Positions 28,540-37,067 of a DNA stretch of 64,000 nucleotides are shown here, in pieces (within the stretch, counting starts at the first letter, position 1; each line of letters begins with the position of its first letter). The notes under the pieces were generated by a model, which was given only the letters and a program-made list of their open reading frames with translations, did not search any database and was not told the origin of the DNA. A program made the position numbers and the translations under genes. This DNA is from a virus. The DNA lies in IMG/VR virus record IMGVR_UViG_3300031419_000010, positions 32,001-96,000 of that record. The stretch is one strand, 5' to 3'.

Positions 28540-28833
28540 TTACAGACGGTTTTGATGTGCGAACACACCGTTTTCTTCGTACTTGATTAAAGAGAAATGG
28601 TTATCCCAAACAGGTGAAGCGAGATCGTAAACTTCGGTAACGTCAGGAGAACCGCCAACAGCTTTTAAAAATTGTTGCGCATCAGTTTCACAGTCAAAGA
28701 AAGCAAAAACACTACGCGCCATATCCAAACGATCAGGAAGAGGAACAAACCAGAACCGACAACAGTGAGTGCTTGTTTCTTTGCGAGTCAAAGAACCGTT
28801 ATGCTTTTCGAGTGCCAGAATAGCTTGAGTCAT
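28540..28833 (-). CDS. Hypothetical protein
   Basis: 97 aa ORF. Confidence 0.65.
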   Translation of the reverse strand: MTQAILALEKHNGSLTRKETSTHCCRFWFVPLPDRLDMARSVFAFFDCETDAQQFLKAVGGSPDVTEVYDLASPVWDNHFSLIKYEENGVFAHQNRL

Positions 28834-28850
28834 TTTGTTTTCCCTAGTGC

Positions 28851-28875
28851 AAAGAAGCCGCTCATTTTGGGCGGC
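28851..28875 (-). terminator. Putative intrinsic terminator
   Basis: GCCGCCCA/TGAGCGGC stem followed by TTCTTT. Confidence 0.55.
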
Positions 28876-28883
28876 AGAAAGTT

Positions 28884-29330
28884 TTAGCCTCTAGCGGGCT
28901 GGCCTGTATGACGTACGATGATTTCCGGATATTCGAAATCGCCGTTACGACGAGTTACGCGCTGATAGTATTGCTCACGCGGATAACCTTTCGGCGCTGC
29001 GAAGATTGCAGGCTCATCCCCAAAGTTCAGATAGGGATCGATGTATTCCTCCATATCGAGAAATTCCGACATTGGCGCACTGCCAACATAATCGAAAAGA
29101 GGAATCCACTCAGACGTGGTGCGAATGTAACGCCACTTTGTTTCGCCAAAGCCGGGAACCTTTATGAGATCCTCCAGCAGCATGTGCGAAGTCTGAACAA
29201 CCGACTCAACTTTAACGCCGTTGATGTTTGGCGCAATGAAACTCAAACTAGGTGAGTCTTTCAGATCCAGTTCATTTACGATCTGATTCAGCGTGTACAC
29301 GTTACGGCTAACAGGAAAACGTTTTTTCAT
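28884..29330 (-). CDS. Hypothetical protein
   Basis: start MKKRF with GGAG RBS. Confidence 0.7.
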   Translation of the reverse strand: MKKRFPVSRNVYTLNQIVNELDLKDSPSLSFIAPNINGVKVESVVQTSHMLLEDLIKVPGFGETKWRYIRTTSEWIPLFDYVGSAPMSEFLDMEEYIDPYLNFGDEPAIFAAPKGYPREQYYQRVTRRNGDFEYPEIIVRHTGQPARG

Positions 29331-29416
29331 TTTTACTTTCTCCAAATGCCCGGACAAATTCCGGTGCGTAGTAGGAACATTTCAAAGGACACTCTTTCGA
29401 ATGCCCTTCACAATGT

Positions 29417-29803
29417 TTAAATCAGATCCAGCAAATCAAGAATCGGTTTTCCAACCGGAACCGGAACGATGTAGAAATCGAAACGCGGCTGAGTTTCTTC
29501 GTCGGCGTTGTAAACAACATCGTAAACGCCGTGAACATTTATGATGCGATTGTCTGCCAGCACAACGCGCATTTGTTCGATCATGTTCGCGCTGTCGCTT
29601 TCGGCTAACTTGCCTTGCGATGCAGGAAGACGATTTGAAAGCGCTTTCGGGTTTGTGGTTCCCAAAACGTTGAAACCGATGTTTACGCCAGTTGTTTTCT
29701 GTTTGATGATCGCCGCTTCCAGCAAGCGAAGCATTGCTTCATAACGTACGTGGCTGGCTGAGTTACCGAACATCTGAATAGAAGGCGCTTTAGTCTGTTG
29801 CAT
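29417..29803 (-). CDS. Hypothetical protein
   Basis: 128 aa; first gene after promoter copy 7. Confidence 0.7.
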   Translation of the reverse strand: MQQTKAPSIQMFGNSASHVRYEAMLRLLEAAIIKQKTTGVNIGFNVLGTTNPKALSNRLPASQGKLAESDSANMIEQMRVVLADNRIINVHGVYDVVYNADEETQPRFDFYIVPVPVGKPILDLLDLI

Positions 29804-29848
29804 GGTTTGTCTCTTTGTTGTGGTAAGCTAGGATTGGCCTACGCTTAT

Positions 29849-29905
29849 ATTTTGCCGGAAAAAGCCGTCCAAATCGAGCGGTATTTTGGACACAGATTTG
29901 TAGGG
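29849..29905 (-). promoter_or_regulatory. Conserved phage promoter, copy 7
   Basis: CCCTACAAATCTGTGTCCAAAATACCGCTC + 21 nt + CAAAAT. Confidence 0.8.
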
Positions 29906-29910
29906 TTAGC

Positions 29911-30249
29911 TTATTTCCATTTGTCGAAGCCGTTCTCATCTTGCAGAATCAAAAGAGCGGTCGATGTGTGACGATGCCCTACTAACGAATCGTGCAAATC
30001 TTCATTTGGAACTTCTTTTAAATGTTCACACGATGCGTAAAAGATTTGGGCCGAAATGTTATCATTGAAACACCAGCGGTAAGTAAAACTTTGAATACGT
30101 CCGATGCCAACACAAACCGACATTGAAAATGCAAGACGCAATAAACCGATCCAGCTTCCATCAGGAAGTTTACGAGTCTGAATAAAACCTTGACTCAAAA
30201 TAAACTGTTCAATCTCTGCATCTGTCATGCCTTCGAAACCGTCGCGCAT
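29911..30249 (-). CDS. Hypothetical phage protein
   Basis: AAGGAGG RBS before MRDGFEG. Confidence 0.7.
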   Translation of the reverse strand: MRDGFEGMTDAEIEQFILSQGFIQTRKLPDGSWIGLLRLAFSMSVCVGIGRIQSFTYRWCFNDNISAQIFYASCEHLKEVPNEDLHDSLVGHRHTSTALLILQDENGFDKWK

Positions 30250-30268
30250 AAAATTCCTCCTTAAACGT

Positions 30269-30298
30269 AAGAAGGGATGAACCGCGAAGCCCATCCCT
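30269..30298 (-). terminator. Putative intrinsic terminator
   Basis: AGGGATG..CATCCCT stem with TTCG in the loop, followed by TCTT. Confidence 0.55.
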
Positions 30299-30306
30299 GT
30301 TTTTGA

Positions 30307-30558
30307 TTATTGCTTTTTCATCTGCTCAACTACATCGCCCAAACCCATCGCTTGAAGCAGCGTTGCAGGATCATGTTGAGCAACATCCCAGCCGACACCC
30401 AAACGAATTTCTCCGCTTTCTACACGGTCAACTGTTTGCATAAAATCGGCAAACGCATTGCGATAATCAGTTTCAGATTCGTTTTCGTTTGGCATACGAA
30501 AGCCGCGTTGTTGTGCGCGACGTTTCAGGCTGTCCATATCAGGGAATGACATTGGCAT
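30307..30558 (-). CDS. Hypothetical phage protein
   Basis: 83 aa ORF. Confidence 0.7.
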   Translation of the reverse strand: MPMSFPDMDSLKRRAQQRGFRMPNENESETDYRNAFADFMQTVDRVESGEIRLGVGWDVAQHDPATLLQAMGLGDVVEQMKKQ

Positions 30559-30923
30559 TATTTTTTATCCTTGTGTTCAAGAGCGATGCGATAAGATGTG
30601 CCGTGGAAGCCAGCAGAATAAAACGTGCCGCGTTCGATAGACGCAGTTTTCCAGCCGTGCGTTAACACCAAACGCTTTTCGACTTCACGCATATCTTCAT
30701 GCGTAACCTTGCTCAGAATTTTGAAGTCCGGAACAAGGATCTGCATACCGCGTTTACCATCAGGCAGAGTTTCGTGCGTTACGCCTGCGACAACCGGGAA
30801 CCCGACGCCTGCAAGCACCGCAAACTGAACAACGCAATAAAGCGTGTCTGCTTCGCTCAGTTCAGATCTGAAATCGTGCTGCTTTAAAACAAGCTCACGA
30901 AAAACACCGCTATCAATCTGCAT
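30558..30923 (-). CDS. Hypothetical protein
   Basis: start MQIDSG; coupled to neighbours. Confidence 0.6.
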   Translation of the reverse strand: MQIDSGVFRELVLKQHDFRSELSEADTLYCVVQFAVLAGVGFPVVAGVTHETLPDGKRGMQILVPDFKILSKVTHEDMREVEKRLVLTHGWKTASIERGTFYSAGFHGTSYRIALEHKDKK

Positions 30924-31296
30924 ATTCACCCTGCAAGCTGTTTGGAACCTGAACCGGCACACTACCCAAAGAAGTAGCGATGAAAGTTTTCAGAACCGCA
31001 TGAGAGATAGTTTCAGCCGAGTAGCTGAATACGCCATCCGAAGAAACAACATGCCACTTTTCATTTTTATGCTCCAGTGAAAAGTGTTTGTCTTCGATCA
31101 GATTAATAATGGAATCTGCCGAGTCTTCGCGGAAAGTAACGTAATGTACTACGCCTGTAATGATACCCTCATTAGATTCTTTGTAGCGACTTGAAATACG
31201 CGGAACGTTGTTGCGTAGGATTACCTGCGCAAGCCAGTTTGCCGACTCAACAGTAAGTTGATCAATCGACACGGTTACTGTACTTATTTTTGTCAT
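30913..31296 (-). CDS. NinX/DUF2591-like phage protein
   Basis: C-terminal LIEDKHFSL..W..ETISHAVLKTFIATSLG..VQVPNSL resembles the NinX family pattern. Confidence 0.55.
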   Translation of the reverse strand: MTKISTVTVSIDQLTVESANWLAQVILRNNVPRISSRYKESNEGIITGVVHYVTFREDSADSIINLIEDKHFSLEHKNEKWHVVSSDGVFSYSAETISHAVLKTFIATSLGSVPVQVPNSLQGEYAD

Positions 31297-31303
31297 GTGC
31301 GCC

Positions 31304-31642
31304 TCATACTATATAAATGCAATGGTTGTCGTTTGTCCAAATCCACGGACGAGTCGCGTTATCGCGAACATCAACAACCTGTTTGATAAATTTTTCATCA
31401 GCAATCTGGCTGAGAGACACGCTAACAATATCCAGTTCAGTATCGTTAGTGTGAGAGTTTTCGAATTTCAGAAAGTCTTTGAACTTCTGATAATTCTCTT
31501 TTGTTTCGAGATACACAAAACCATCAGGACGCTTTGCAAGGCCGCGTTGCTTTTCCTGCATCTGACAGACGATAAACACGTTAGGAATTCCATTTGCCTC
31601 ACGTAACTCTTTCCCGGTATTCGGGCAGAAGTGCTGAGTCAT
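31304..31642 (-). CDS. Hypothetical protein
   Basis: 112 aa; GGAG RBS. Confidence 0.65.
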   Translation of the reverse strand: MTQHFCPNTGKELREANGIPNVFIVCQMQEKQRGLAKRPDGFVYLETKENYQKFKDFLKFENSHTNDTELDIVSVSLSQIADEKFIKQVVDVRDNATRPWIWTNDNHCIYIV

Positions 31643-31674
31643 GATAATCTCCCATGCGGTATACGCATAAAAAT

Positions 31675-31887
31675 TTAGTATCGCCGGTACACCCGTGGAA
31701 ACGCTGCACGGGCCATGCTGTGCAACGCTGCGCTGTACGCGATGATAACAATGTTGCGAACCAAGTCGCTGAATGCTTCTTTATAAATTCCGTAGTAACA
31801 GAATATTCCATAAAGCACGTTTAGGATTAAAAACGAGTAACGTGATCTCTTTACAGTTCCGAACATGAAATGCTTTATCTTGTTCAT
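31675..31887 (-). CDS. Small two-TM membrane protein
   Basis: two hydrophobic segments. Confidence 0.6.
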   Translation of the reverse strand: MNKIKHFMFGTVKRSRYSFLILNVLYGIFCYYGIYKEAFSDLVRNIVIIAYSAALHSMARAAFPRVYRRY

Positions 31888-32081
31888 TGCTTTTTCCTGC
31901 GACGAATTTTTACAGCAGCCATGATCGCAAACAAAATGCTGTATGCGACCACGACACTTATTTTTCCAGTAGTGGAATAGTCAAACATGAAAGTTGAAAT
32001 TCCGAACAGGACGAAACTTATTACCGATACGGTTTCAATAAAAGCAAAGAACTCCGGACATAGATAAAACTTTTCGTCCAT
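31884..32081 (-). CDS. Small two-TM membrane protein
   Basis: two hydrophobic segments plus basic tail. Confidence 0.65.
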   Translation of the reverse strand: MDEKFYLCPEFFAFIETVSVISFVLFGISTFMFDYSTTGKISVVVAYSILFAIMAAVKIRRRKKQ

Positions 32082-32089
32082 GTGCTTTC

Positions 32090-32833
32090 CTAGCGTGGGT
32101 TAAGAAGGTCTGAGACAAACGAGTAAAACGATTCTTTATCGAAAGCGATAATCTTGTTGCTGATCATTGCTTCGTGCTTTTTCAAAAGCTCCTGCACAAG
32201 TTTGTCTTCGTGCTTGAGAAGTTTCGGCAAGCGATCTGCAATCGGGCCATCACCACTCAGAATGAAATTGGCTTTGTCTGCCAGTTCCTTCGGATCATTT
32301 GTGGCCTGCGAGAAAATCAGTTCGCCGTCGATATACAAAATAATCGTTACCAGCGAACTTTCTTTTTTCAGAAAGTGTAATTCGGTGCGCTCTTTGTTTT
32401 GCAGTACACGAATGATAATCCGGTCAACGCAGTTAACAACGCGGAACTTGTCAGGATCATCCTGCATCAAAGCAAATGCACTAGCAGCAGCAAAGATTGC
32501 AGACGGCGTTTGATCCCGCGTTGCCAGATAACGATAGATTGCATCCAGTGCCTGCTCCAGAGTTGTAGCGCAAGTGCTGTCTGCAAAATCGCCCTGCTTA
32601 ACCAGAATGGAAACGTAGTGCATTTCGCTACGCATCACAGTGATTTCGCGAAAGTCCTGCGTTTCTTTTTCTTCATCCCATTTCATAGGACGAACGATAA
32701 GAACAAATTGAAGTGGCGTTACTTGTTTGATTGAAGCAATGCGCTGAATGTCCTGAACCTGCACACAAGGATTCGGATTAAAGAACATTTCGCGAAGATG
32801 TTCGAACAGGTTTGTTTTGATTTTGTTTTTCAT
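32090..32833 (-). CDS. Hypothetical protein (possible family C)
   Basis: start MKNKIK follows the stop of 32835..33173. Confidence 0.7.
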   Translation of the reverse strand: MKNKIKTNLFEHLREMFFNPNPCVQVQDIQRIASIKQVTPLQFVLIVRPMKWDEEKETQDFREITVMRSEMHYVSILVKQGDFADSTCATTLEQALDAIYRYLATRDQTPSAIFAAASAFALMQDDPDKFRVVNCVDRIIIRVLQNKERTELHFLKKESSLVTIILYIDGELIFSQATNDPKELADKANFILSGDGPIADRLPKLLKHEDKLVQELLKKHEAMISNKIIAFDKESFYSFVSDLLNPR

Positions 32834-32834
32834 T

Positions 32835-33173
32835 TTAGTAGCATTCCTCGTCGTCTTCATCGTCTTCAACATCTTCTTCGTTGTCACACTCAGATTCTTG
32901 TTCATCATCGGATTCTTGCGCGTCAGCAATAGAACCTTCGTAGCCGGGATTGCGATCCTGAAAGTCGCGAAGTTGTTCCTGCGCCGCTTCGTCAGCTTCG
33001 CTATCCATATCTTCTTGCGCCGCTTGTGCAATGTCATCGATCATTTGATTGCGGTCAGGAAGGTCTGCGTCATCCGAAAGGTGATCATAGAGGCCGTATT
33101 TGTCAGCCAGTTCTTGAAGACGAACATCGTCGAGGCAAGCCAGTTGGCCTTTATCAGTATTCCAGTAGCTCAT
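32835..33173 (-). CDS. Small, very acidic protein with HEH-like motif
   Basis: LDDVRLQELADKYGL..DRNQMIDDI plus D/E tail. Confidence 0.75.
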   Translation of the reverse strand: MSYWNTDKGQLACLDDVRLQELADKYGLYDHLSDDADLPDRNQMIDDIAQAAQEDMDSEADEAAQEQLRDFQDRNPGYEGSIADAQESDDEQESECDNEEDVEDDEDDEECY

Positions 33174-33201
33174 AAAATCATTCCTTGTTTAGTTGTTGCT
33201 G

Positions 33202-33612
33202 TTAACGAAACTTTTGGATACGTGCAACGTCCAGTGCGAATTGATCGCGGTTGCATGTATTGAAACTTGTCTGCCAGAAACCGTTGATGTAACTCATACG
33301 GCGATCAGCAAACTCCCGAACTTCTTCGCCGCCTAAAAAGCGGAACGTTAAGCGATAACCACGCAGCCGCGCAAAACAGTAACCGATATACTTGATCACG
33401 AATTCAATATCGTGCATCGGAAACTTTTCAAACGTCAGAATAATGGTTCCGCGTTCTACTTGTGCGCTTACCGTTGCATCTTCCAGTTCAAGCGGCAGTT
33501 GGTTAAAGATGCGATGCGGTGCCTTTCCCATTTCCCGCACAACCATTCGCGCCGTTCCTGCGGCAACATAAAACTGAGTGTCAGGCACTAAGGCTTTTCT
33601 TTCCATAGTCAT
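33202..33612 (-). CDS. Hypothetical protein
   Basis: 136 aa ORF. Confidence 0.65.
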   Translation of the reverse strand: MTMERKALVPDTQFYVAAGTARMVVREMGKAPHRIFNQLPLELEDATVSAQVERGTIILTFEKFPMHDIEFVIKYIGYCFARLRGYRLTFRFLGGEEVREFADRRMSYINGFWQTSFNTCNRDQFALDVARIQKFR

Positions 33613-34124
33613 TTGAATTTATCCGGATCAATGTTGAAGAAAGGATATTGTGACACCAGCTTGTCAGCAGGCAGCAACTTGTAGTAAGTACCAATGTTAA
33701 GCGGCGTATCGCCAAACGCTTCAAATCCAAGATTGGTGAGATACTTCCGGAATTTTTCTTCCAACGGATTTTCTACACCAAGAATAATGTTGCGCTGTTC
33801 GCATTCGTACATCAGAGAAAACAGCAGAGCACTAAACAATCCCTTGCCTTGTTCTTTGTGCGCCACGTTCACGTTAGAGATACAAATATAACTGTGACCA
33901 AACCGACCGTAGCGATTTGCGCCATAGCGAACATAAATGTCGAACGGTTTGATTTTTGGATGAACATACTCAGAAGATGTAGGCAGAGTCTTCTGTGAAA
34001 TATTCTCCAGACGATTCAGAATGTGATCCACCAGCGAACTAATTACTTCGCCGTGCGTTTCCAGCACACGCTCAAAACGGTTTTGATATTGAGCGGGAAC
34101 ACTTGCTAAAAGTTTGTCAGTCAT
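33609..34124 (-). CDS. GNAT-family N-acetyltransferase
   Basis: motif A ISNVNVAHKEQGKGLFSALL; C-terminal YLTNLGF. Confidence 0.75.
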   Translation of the reverse strand: MTDKLLASVPAQYQNRFERVLETHGEVISSLVDHILNRLENISQKTLPTSSEYVHPKIKPFDIYVRYGANRYGRFGHSYICISNVNVAHKEQGKGLFSALLFSLMYECEQRNIILGVENPLEEKFRKYLTNLGFEAFGDTPLNIGTYYKLLPADKLVSQYPFFNIDPDKFK

Positions 34125-34654
34125 TACTGCATCCTCATATAAAGTTGATAGAGTTTTTCGGATTCTTGTTTTGATACCTGCTCCATGTAGGAAACGCGAT
34201 CATCGACTCCGAGATTTTCATCAAGGAAAATTGCAATACATTCGCTTTCCGTTACGTCCGGATCTTTTACAAGAGGACGGCCCGAACTTTCAACAACGAT
34301 TTCGTGCTCAAGGGAAGAAAGATTGCCGACCATGCGAGTGACTTCGCGCAACAGATCGCCGCGTGTCAGTTTTAACGTGCTTCGCTGGTTAAGCAAAACT
34401 TGCTGCATCAAATCTGTTTCTAAGTTTCGAGTCAGCAAATCCTTTAAGCTATCGTAAGAATGAACGTTAATAGAAGAAACGTTGCAGCCGTCGCAGGTAA
34501 CAGTGTAGCGATAATCATCGTAGACCATGAATACCGCAAAGCTGTCAGAGTCTCCAATTCTTTGGAACGATAACTCTGTCAGCAACTGCGGTTCAGGAAT
34601 GCGACGGGCAATCACTAAGGCGATTGTCTGGAACATGCGGAGATCATAAGGCAT
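34124..34654 (-). CDS. Hypothetical protein (family D)
   Basis: tandem paralog of 34644..35126. Confidence 0.65.
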   Translation of the reverse strand: MPYDLRMFQTIALVIARRIPEPQLLTELSFQRIGDSDSFAVFMVYDDYRYTVTCDGCNVSSINVHSYDSLKDLLTRNLETDLMQQVLLNQRSTLKLTRGDLLREVTRMVGNLSSLEHEIVVESSGRPLVKDPDVTESECIAIFLDENLGVDDRVSYMEQVSKQESEKLYQLYMRMQ

Positions 34655-35126
34655 AAGCAAATTTCCTTTCTGCATCGAGGCCAAAGAACAGGCCAATCAG
34701 TTCGCGCATTTCTTGACGACTTTTCTTGTCACTCAAAATGTATTCCAACACAGCAGCGCGAAGTTCACCGCTTTCGCCTTCGTCCGGTTCGCCTACGCCG
34801 ATCAGAAATTCCTGAATGTCATTCAGCGTTGCCTCAAGAACCATAGGGCGAACAACTTTCGCCAAATCTTCCTGCGTTGTTTCCAGTGTGTTGCGTTCGC
34901 CGCGAATCATTTCCTGCATCTTTCGCGCTTCGAAGCAACTGCACAACATGCCGCCTTCAACTTTCTCAACCATCAGATGCTCAGACACGCGATAACGATT
35001 GCCGTCGCTGTAATTGAAGTACGCGTAAAAGTTTCCGTGACGCTCAACCAGATCAAGATTCGTTACATCCGATGGATCGATAAGGTTAGTCATCATGGAT
35101 TGAATAATGTGAGATAACTTTTTCAT
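34644..35126 (-). CDS. Hypothetical protein (family D)
   Basis: 160 aa; AAGGA RBS. Confidence 0.7.
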   Translation of the reverse strand: MKKLSHIIQSMMTNLIDPSDVTNLDLVERHGNFYAYFNYSDGNRYRVSEHLMVEKVEGGMLCSCFEARKMQEMIRGERNTLETTQEDLAKVVRPMVLEATLNDIQEFLIGVGEPDEGESGELRAAVLEYILSDKKSRQEMRELIGLFFGLDAERKFAYAL

Positions 35127-35158
35127 GGCTCATTTCCTTGTGCAGATTTTTGTGTGTT

Positions 35159-35190
35159 TAAACAAGAAGCGCCCAACCAATGTTGAGCGC
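35159..35190 (-). terminator. Putative intrinsic terminator
   Basis: GCGCTCAAC/GTTGGGCGC stem followed by TTCTTGTTT. Confidence 0.6.
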
Positions 35191-35200
35191 GATAGAATTT

Positions 35201-35524
35201 TTACCAGTGAGAATGTTTTGCTGATTTCTCTTCCATCGTTTTCATTACTTCATGATAACGACCAACGCGCAGATGTTCTTTCGAAAAACTTTCAATCGCG
35301 TTCCATTCACCAACCAGATCGTAGGAAGTTTCTTTCCCTTCCTGAACCGAAACCTGAACAACAACGTCGTTCTCTTCCAGTTCCGTATCGGTAACGTCTG
35401 CCATATCACGCTCAGTTAACGCGATACGATATTCAGGTTCAGCAGAGATAGCGCCGAACATTACCTTTACAGGCTCCTGCGGATGTGAGGCGGCAAGCAG
35501 TGCAACGATAGCTAAGATGTTCAT
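35201..35524 (-). CDS. Secreted or membrane-anchored hypothetical protein
   Basis: hydrophobic N-terminus; sole gene between promoter copy 8 and a terminator. Confidence 0.7.
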   Translation of the reverse strand: MNILAIVALLAASHPQEPVKVMFGAISAEPEYRIALTERDMADVTDTELEENDVVVQVSVQEGKETSYDLVGEWNAIESFSKEHLRVGRYHEVMKTMEEKSAKHSHW

Positions 35525-35573
35525 GCAAATTTCCTTTTCGGAAGGTTGAGGCCGGTAGTGGCCCTGAGTCCTA

Positions 35574-35630
35574 ATTGTACCTGAGAGTTTTGGCTAAAAC
35601 GAGCGGGATTTTGGACACTTATTTGCTGAG
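35574..35630 (-). promoter_or_regulatory. Conserved phage promoter, copy 8
   Basis: CTCAGCAAATAAGTGTCCAAAATCCCGCTC + 21 nt + TACAAT. Confidence 0.85.
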
Positions 35631-35679
35631 TTGGCCAGGCAGAGGGATAGGAGATTTTCAGGCAGTCCGTTGCCTGTAA

Positions 35680-36924
35680 TTAGTGCGAAGGCTGATAGTG
35701 CTTTTTGAAACTTTTGGCTATGCGACGTTTAGCCAGATCGTAATGTTCGTGACCTATGCCAATCAAATGACGATTTAGTTTGGCGCACACAATGCCGATT
35801 CGACCTTTGCCTATGTTTGGAGAAAATACAGTCTGCCCTTCTGTTGTGTTCGACAGAATAAGCTCAGTTAATTCTTCGACTGAAAGTTTTCTATCCAAGA
35901 CAAAAGCAGAACCGCTATCAGATTTGATACGCGAGATTTCTGATAAGGGAAGATCGTATTTTTCCACCAGCACCAAATCGGCACTTCCTTTTTTGACGCG
36001 ACGAATCTTTTTAGCAGAATCGAAAAGCACCAGAGGATTCTTTTTCTTTTCTGCGTACCGGGCAATAATTCCTGCGACACGTTCCGGCATAAGTTTGGCG
36101 TAGTCAGGATTCAATTCACAAAGAATTGCGTTGCGGTTTAAATATTTTGCAACGCCTGCGGTTGTTCCGCTTCCACCAAACGGATCGATAACCGTATCAC
36201 CTTCACGCGATCCGGAAAGTATGCAGGGCAAAATCAAGTCAGGTGGATATGCAGCAAAGTGACCGCCTTTGAATGGCTGGCTTGCCAATGTCCAAACGCT
36301 GCGCTTGTTTGCTTTAGCATATTTTTCTTTGTCGCTCTTAACCGGAGTTTTAATTGACTCGTTATCAAAATAATACTTCGGCTTTTTGCTCAACAGAAAA
36401 ACATATTCGTGCGAACGTGTGCAGCGATCACGAACACTTTCAGGCATAGGCGATGTTTTCTGCCAGATAATATCTTGCCGCAAATGCCAGCCGTCATCGC
36501 GTAATGCCATTGCTAACATCCACGGAATGCCGATCATATCTTTTTCTTTCAGACCTTCCAGCTTTTGCCCGCGCTTAGATTGGCGCGTGTCCTTTGGCAA
36601 GCCTCGCTGCTTTGTTCCGGTACGCTCACCGCCGAAACTGTGTGCCGGATTATCCTGCTTGCATCCGGGCCGATAGTTGTAATAACTGTCAGCAATGTTA
36701 AGCCACAAAACGCCATCAGGTTTTAATGTGCGTTTCACTTCCCGGAAAACTTCTACCAGCGCATTGATATATTCAGCAGGCGTTTTCTCCAAACCGATCT
36801 GCTCGTTGTTTCCATAATCGCGCAGACCGTAATAAGGAGGACTCGTTACACACATTTGAACACTGGCATCCGGTATCTTTTTTAATGTTGTGCGCGAGTC
36901 TCCTATCAGTACGCGAATAGTCAT
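35680..36924 (-). CDS. Beta-class N4-C/N6-A DNA methyltransferase fused to a degenerate MTase module
   Basis: CVTSPPY (motif IV) precedes DPFGGSGTT (motif I); extra roughly 120 aa C-terminal MTase-like module. Confidence 0.93.
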   Translation of the reverse strand: MTIRVLIGDSRTTLKKIPDASVQMCVTSPPYYGLRDYGNNEQIGLEKTPAEYINALVEVFREVKRTLKPDGVLWLNIADSYYNYRPGCKQDNPAHSFGGERTGTKQRGLPKDTRQSKRGQKLEGLKEKDMIGIPWMLAMALRDDGWHLRQDIIWQKTSPMPESVRDRCTRSHEYVFLLSKKPKYYFDNESIKTPVKSDKEKYAKANKRSVWTLASQPFKGGHFAAYPPDLILPCILSGSREGDTVIDPFGGSGTTAGVAKYLNRNAILCELNPDYAKLMPERVAGIIARYAEKKKNPLVLFDSAKKIRRVKKGSADLVLVEKYDLPLSEISRIKSDSGSAFVLDRKLSVEELTELILSNTTEGQTVFSPNIGKGRIGIVCAKLNRHLIGIGHEHYDLAKRRIAKSFKKHYQPSH

Positions 36925-37067
36925 GATTGAAGTCTATCCTTGCGCACCAACTCTAAAAGTTTTTCGTCTGAGATTCCCCAGCCATGCCAATAGTGCTCAG
37001 TGGCAAGTGCAATCTGACCGCGATAAAGCAACGTGCTTATCGCTCTCGCTAATAAAGTTTTATTCAT
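36921..37067 (-). CDS. Small hypothetical protein (48 aa) between the two MTases
   Basis: AAGGA RBS; overlaps both neighbours. Confidence 0.55.
   Translation of the reverse strand: MNKTLLARAISTLLYRGQIALATEHYWHGWGISDEKLLELVRKDRLQS

Noticed and set aside
107-35630. 30-bp repeat as CRISPR repeats or mobile-element ends
   Set aside because: Copies are kilobases apart, degenerate and always at fixed distance from a -10-like hexamer; no spacers or transposase
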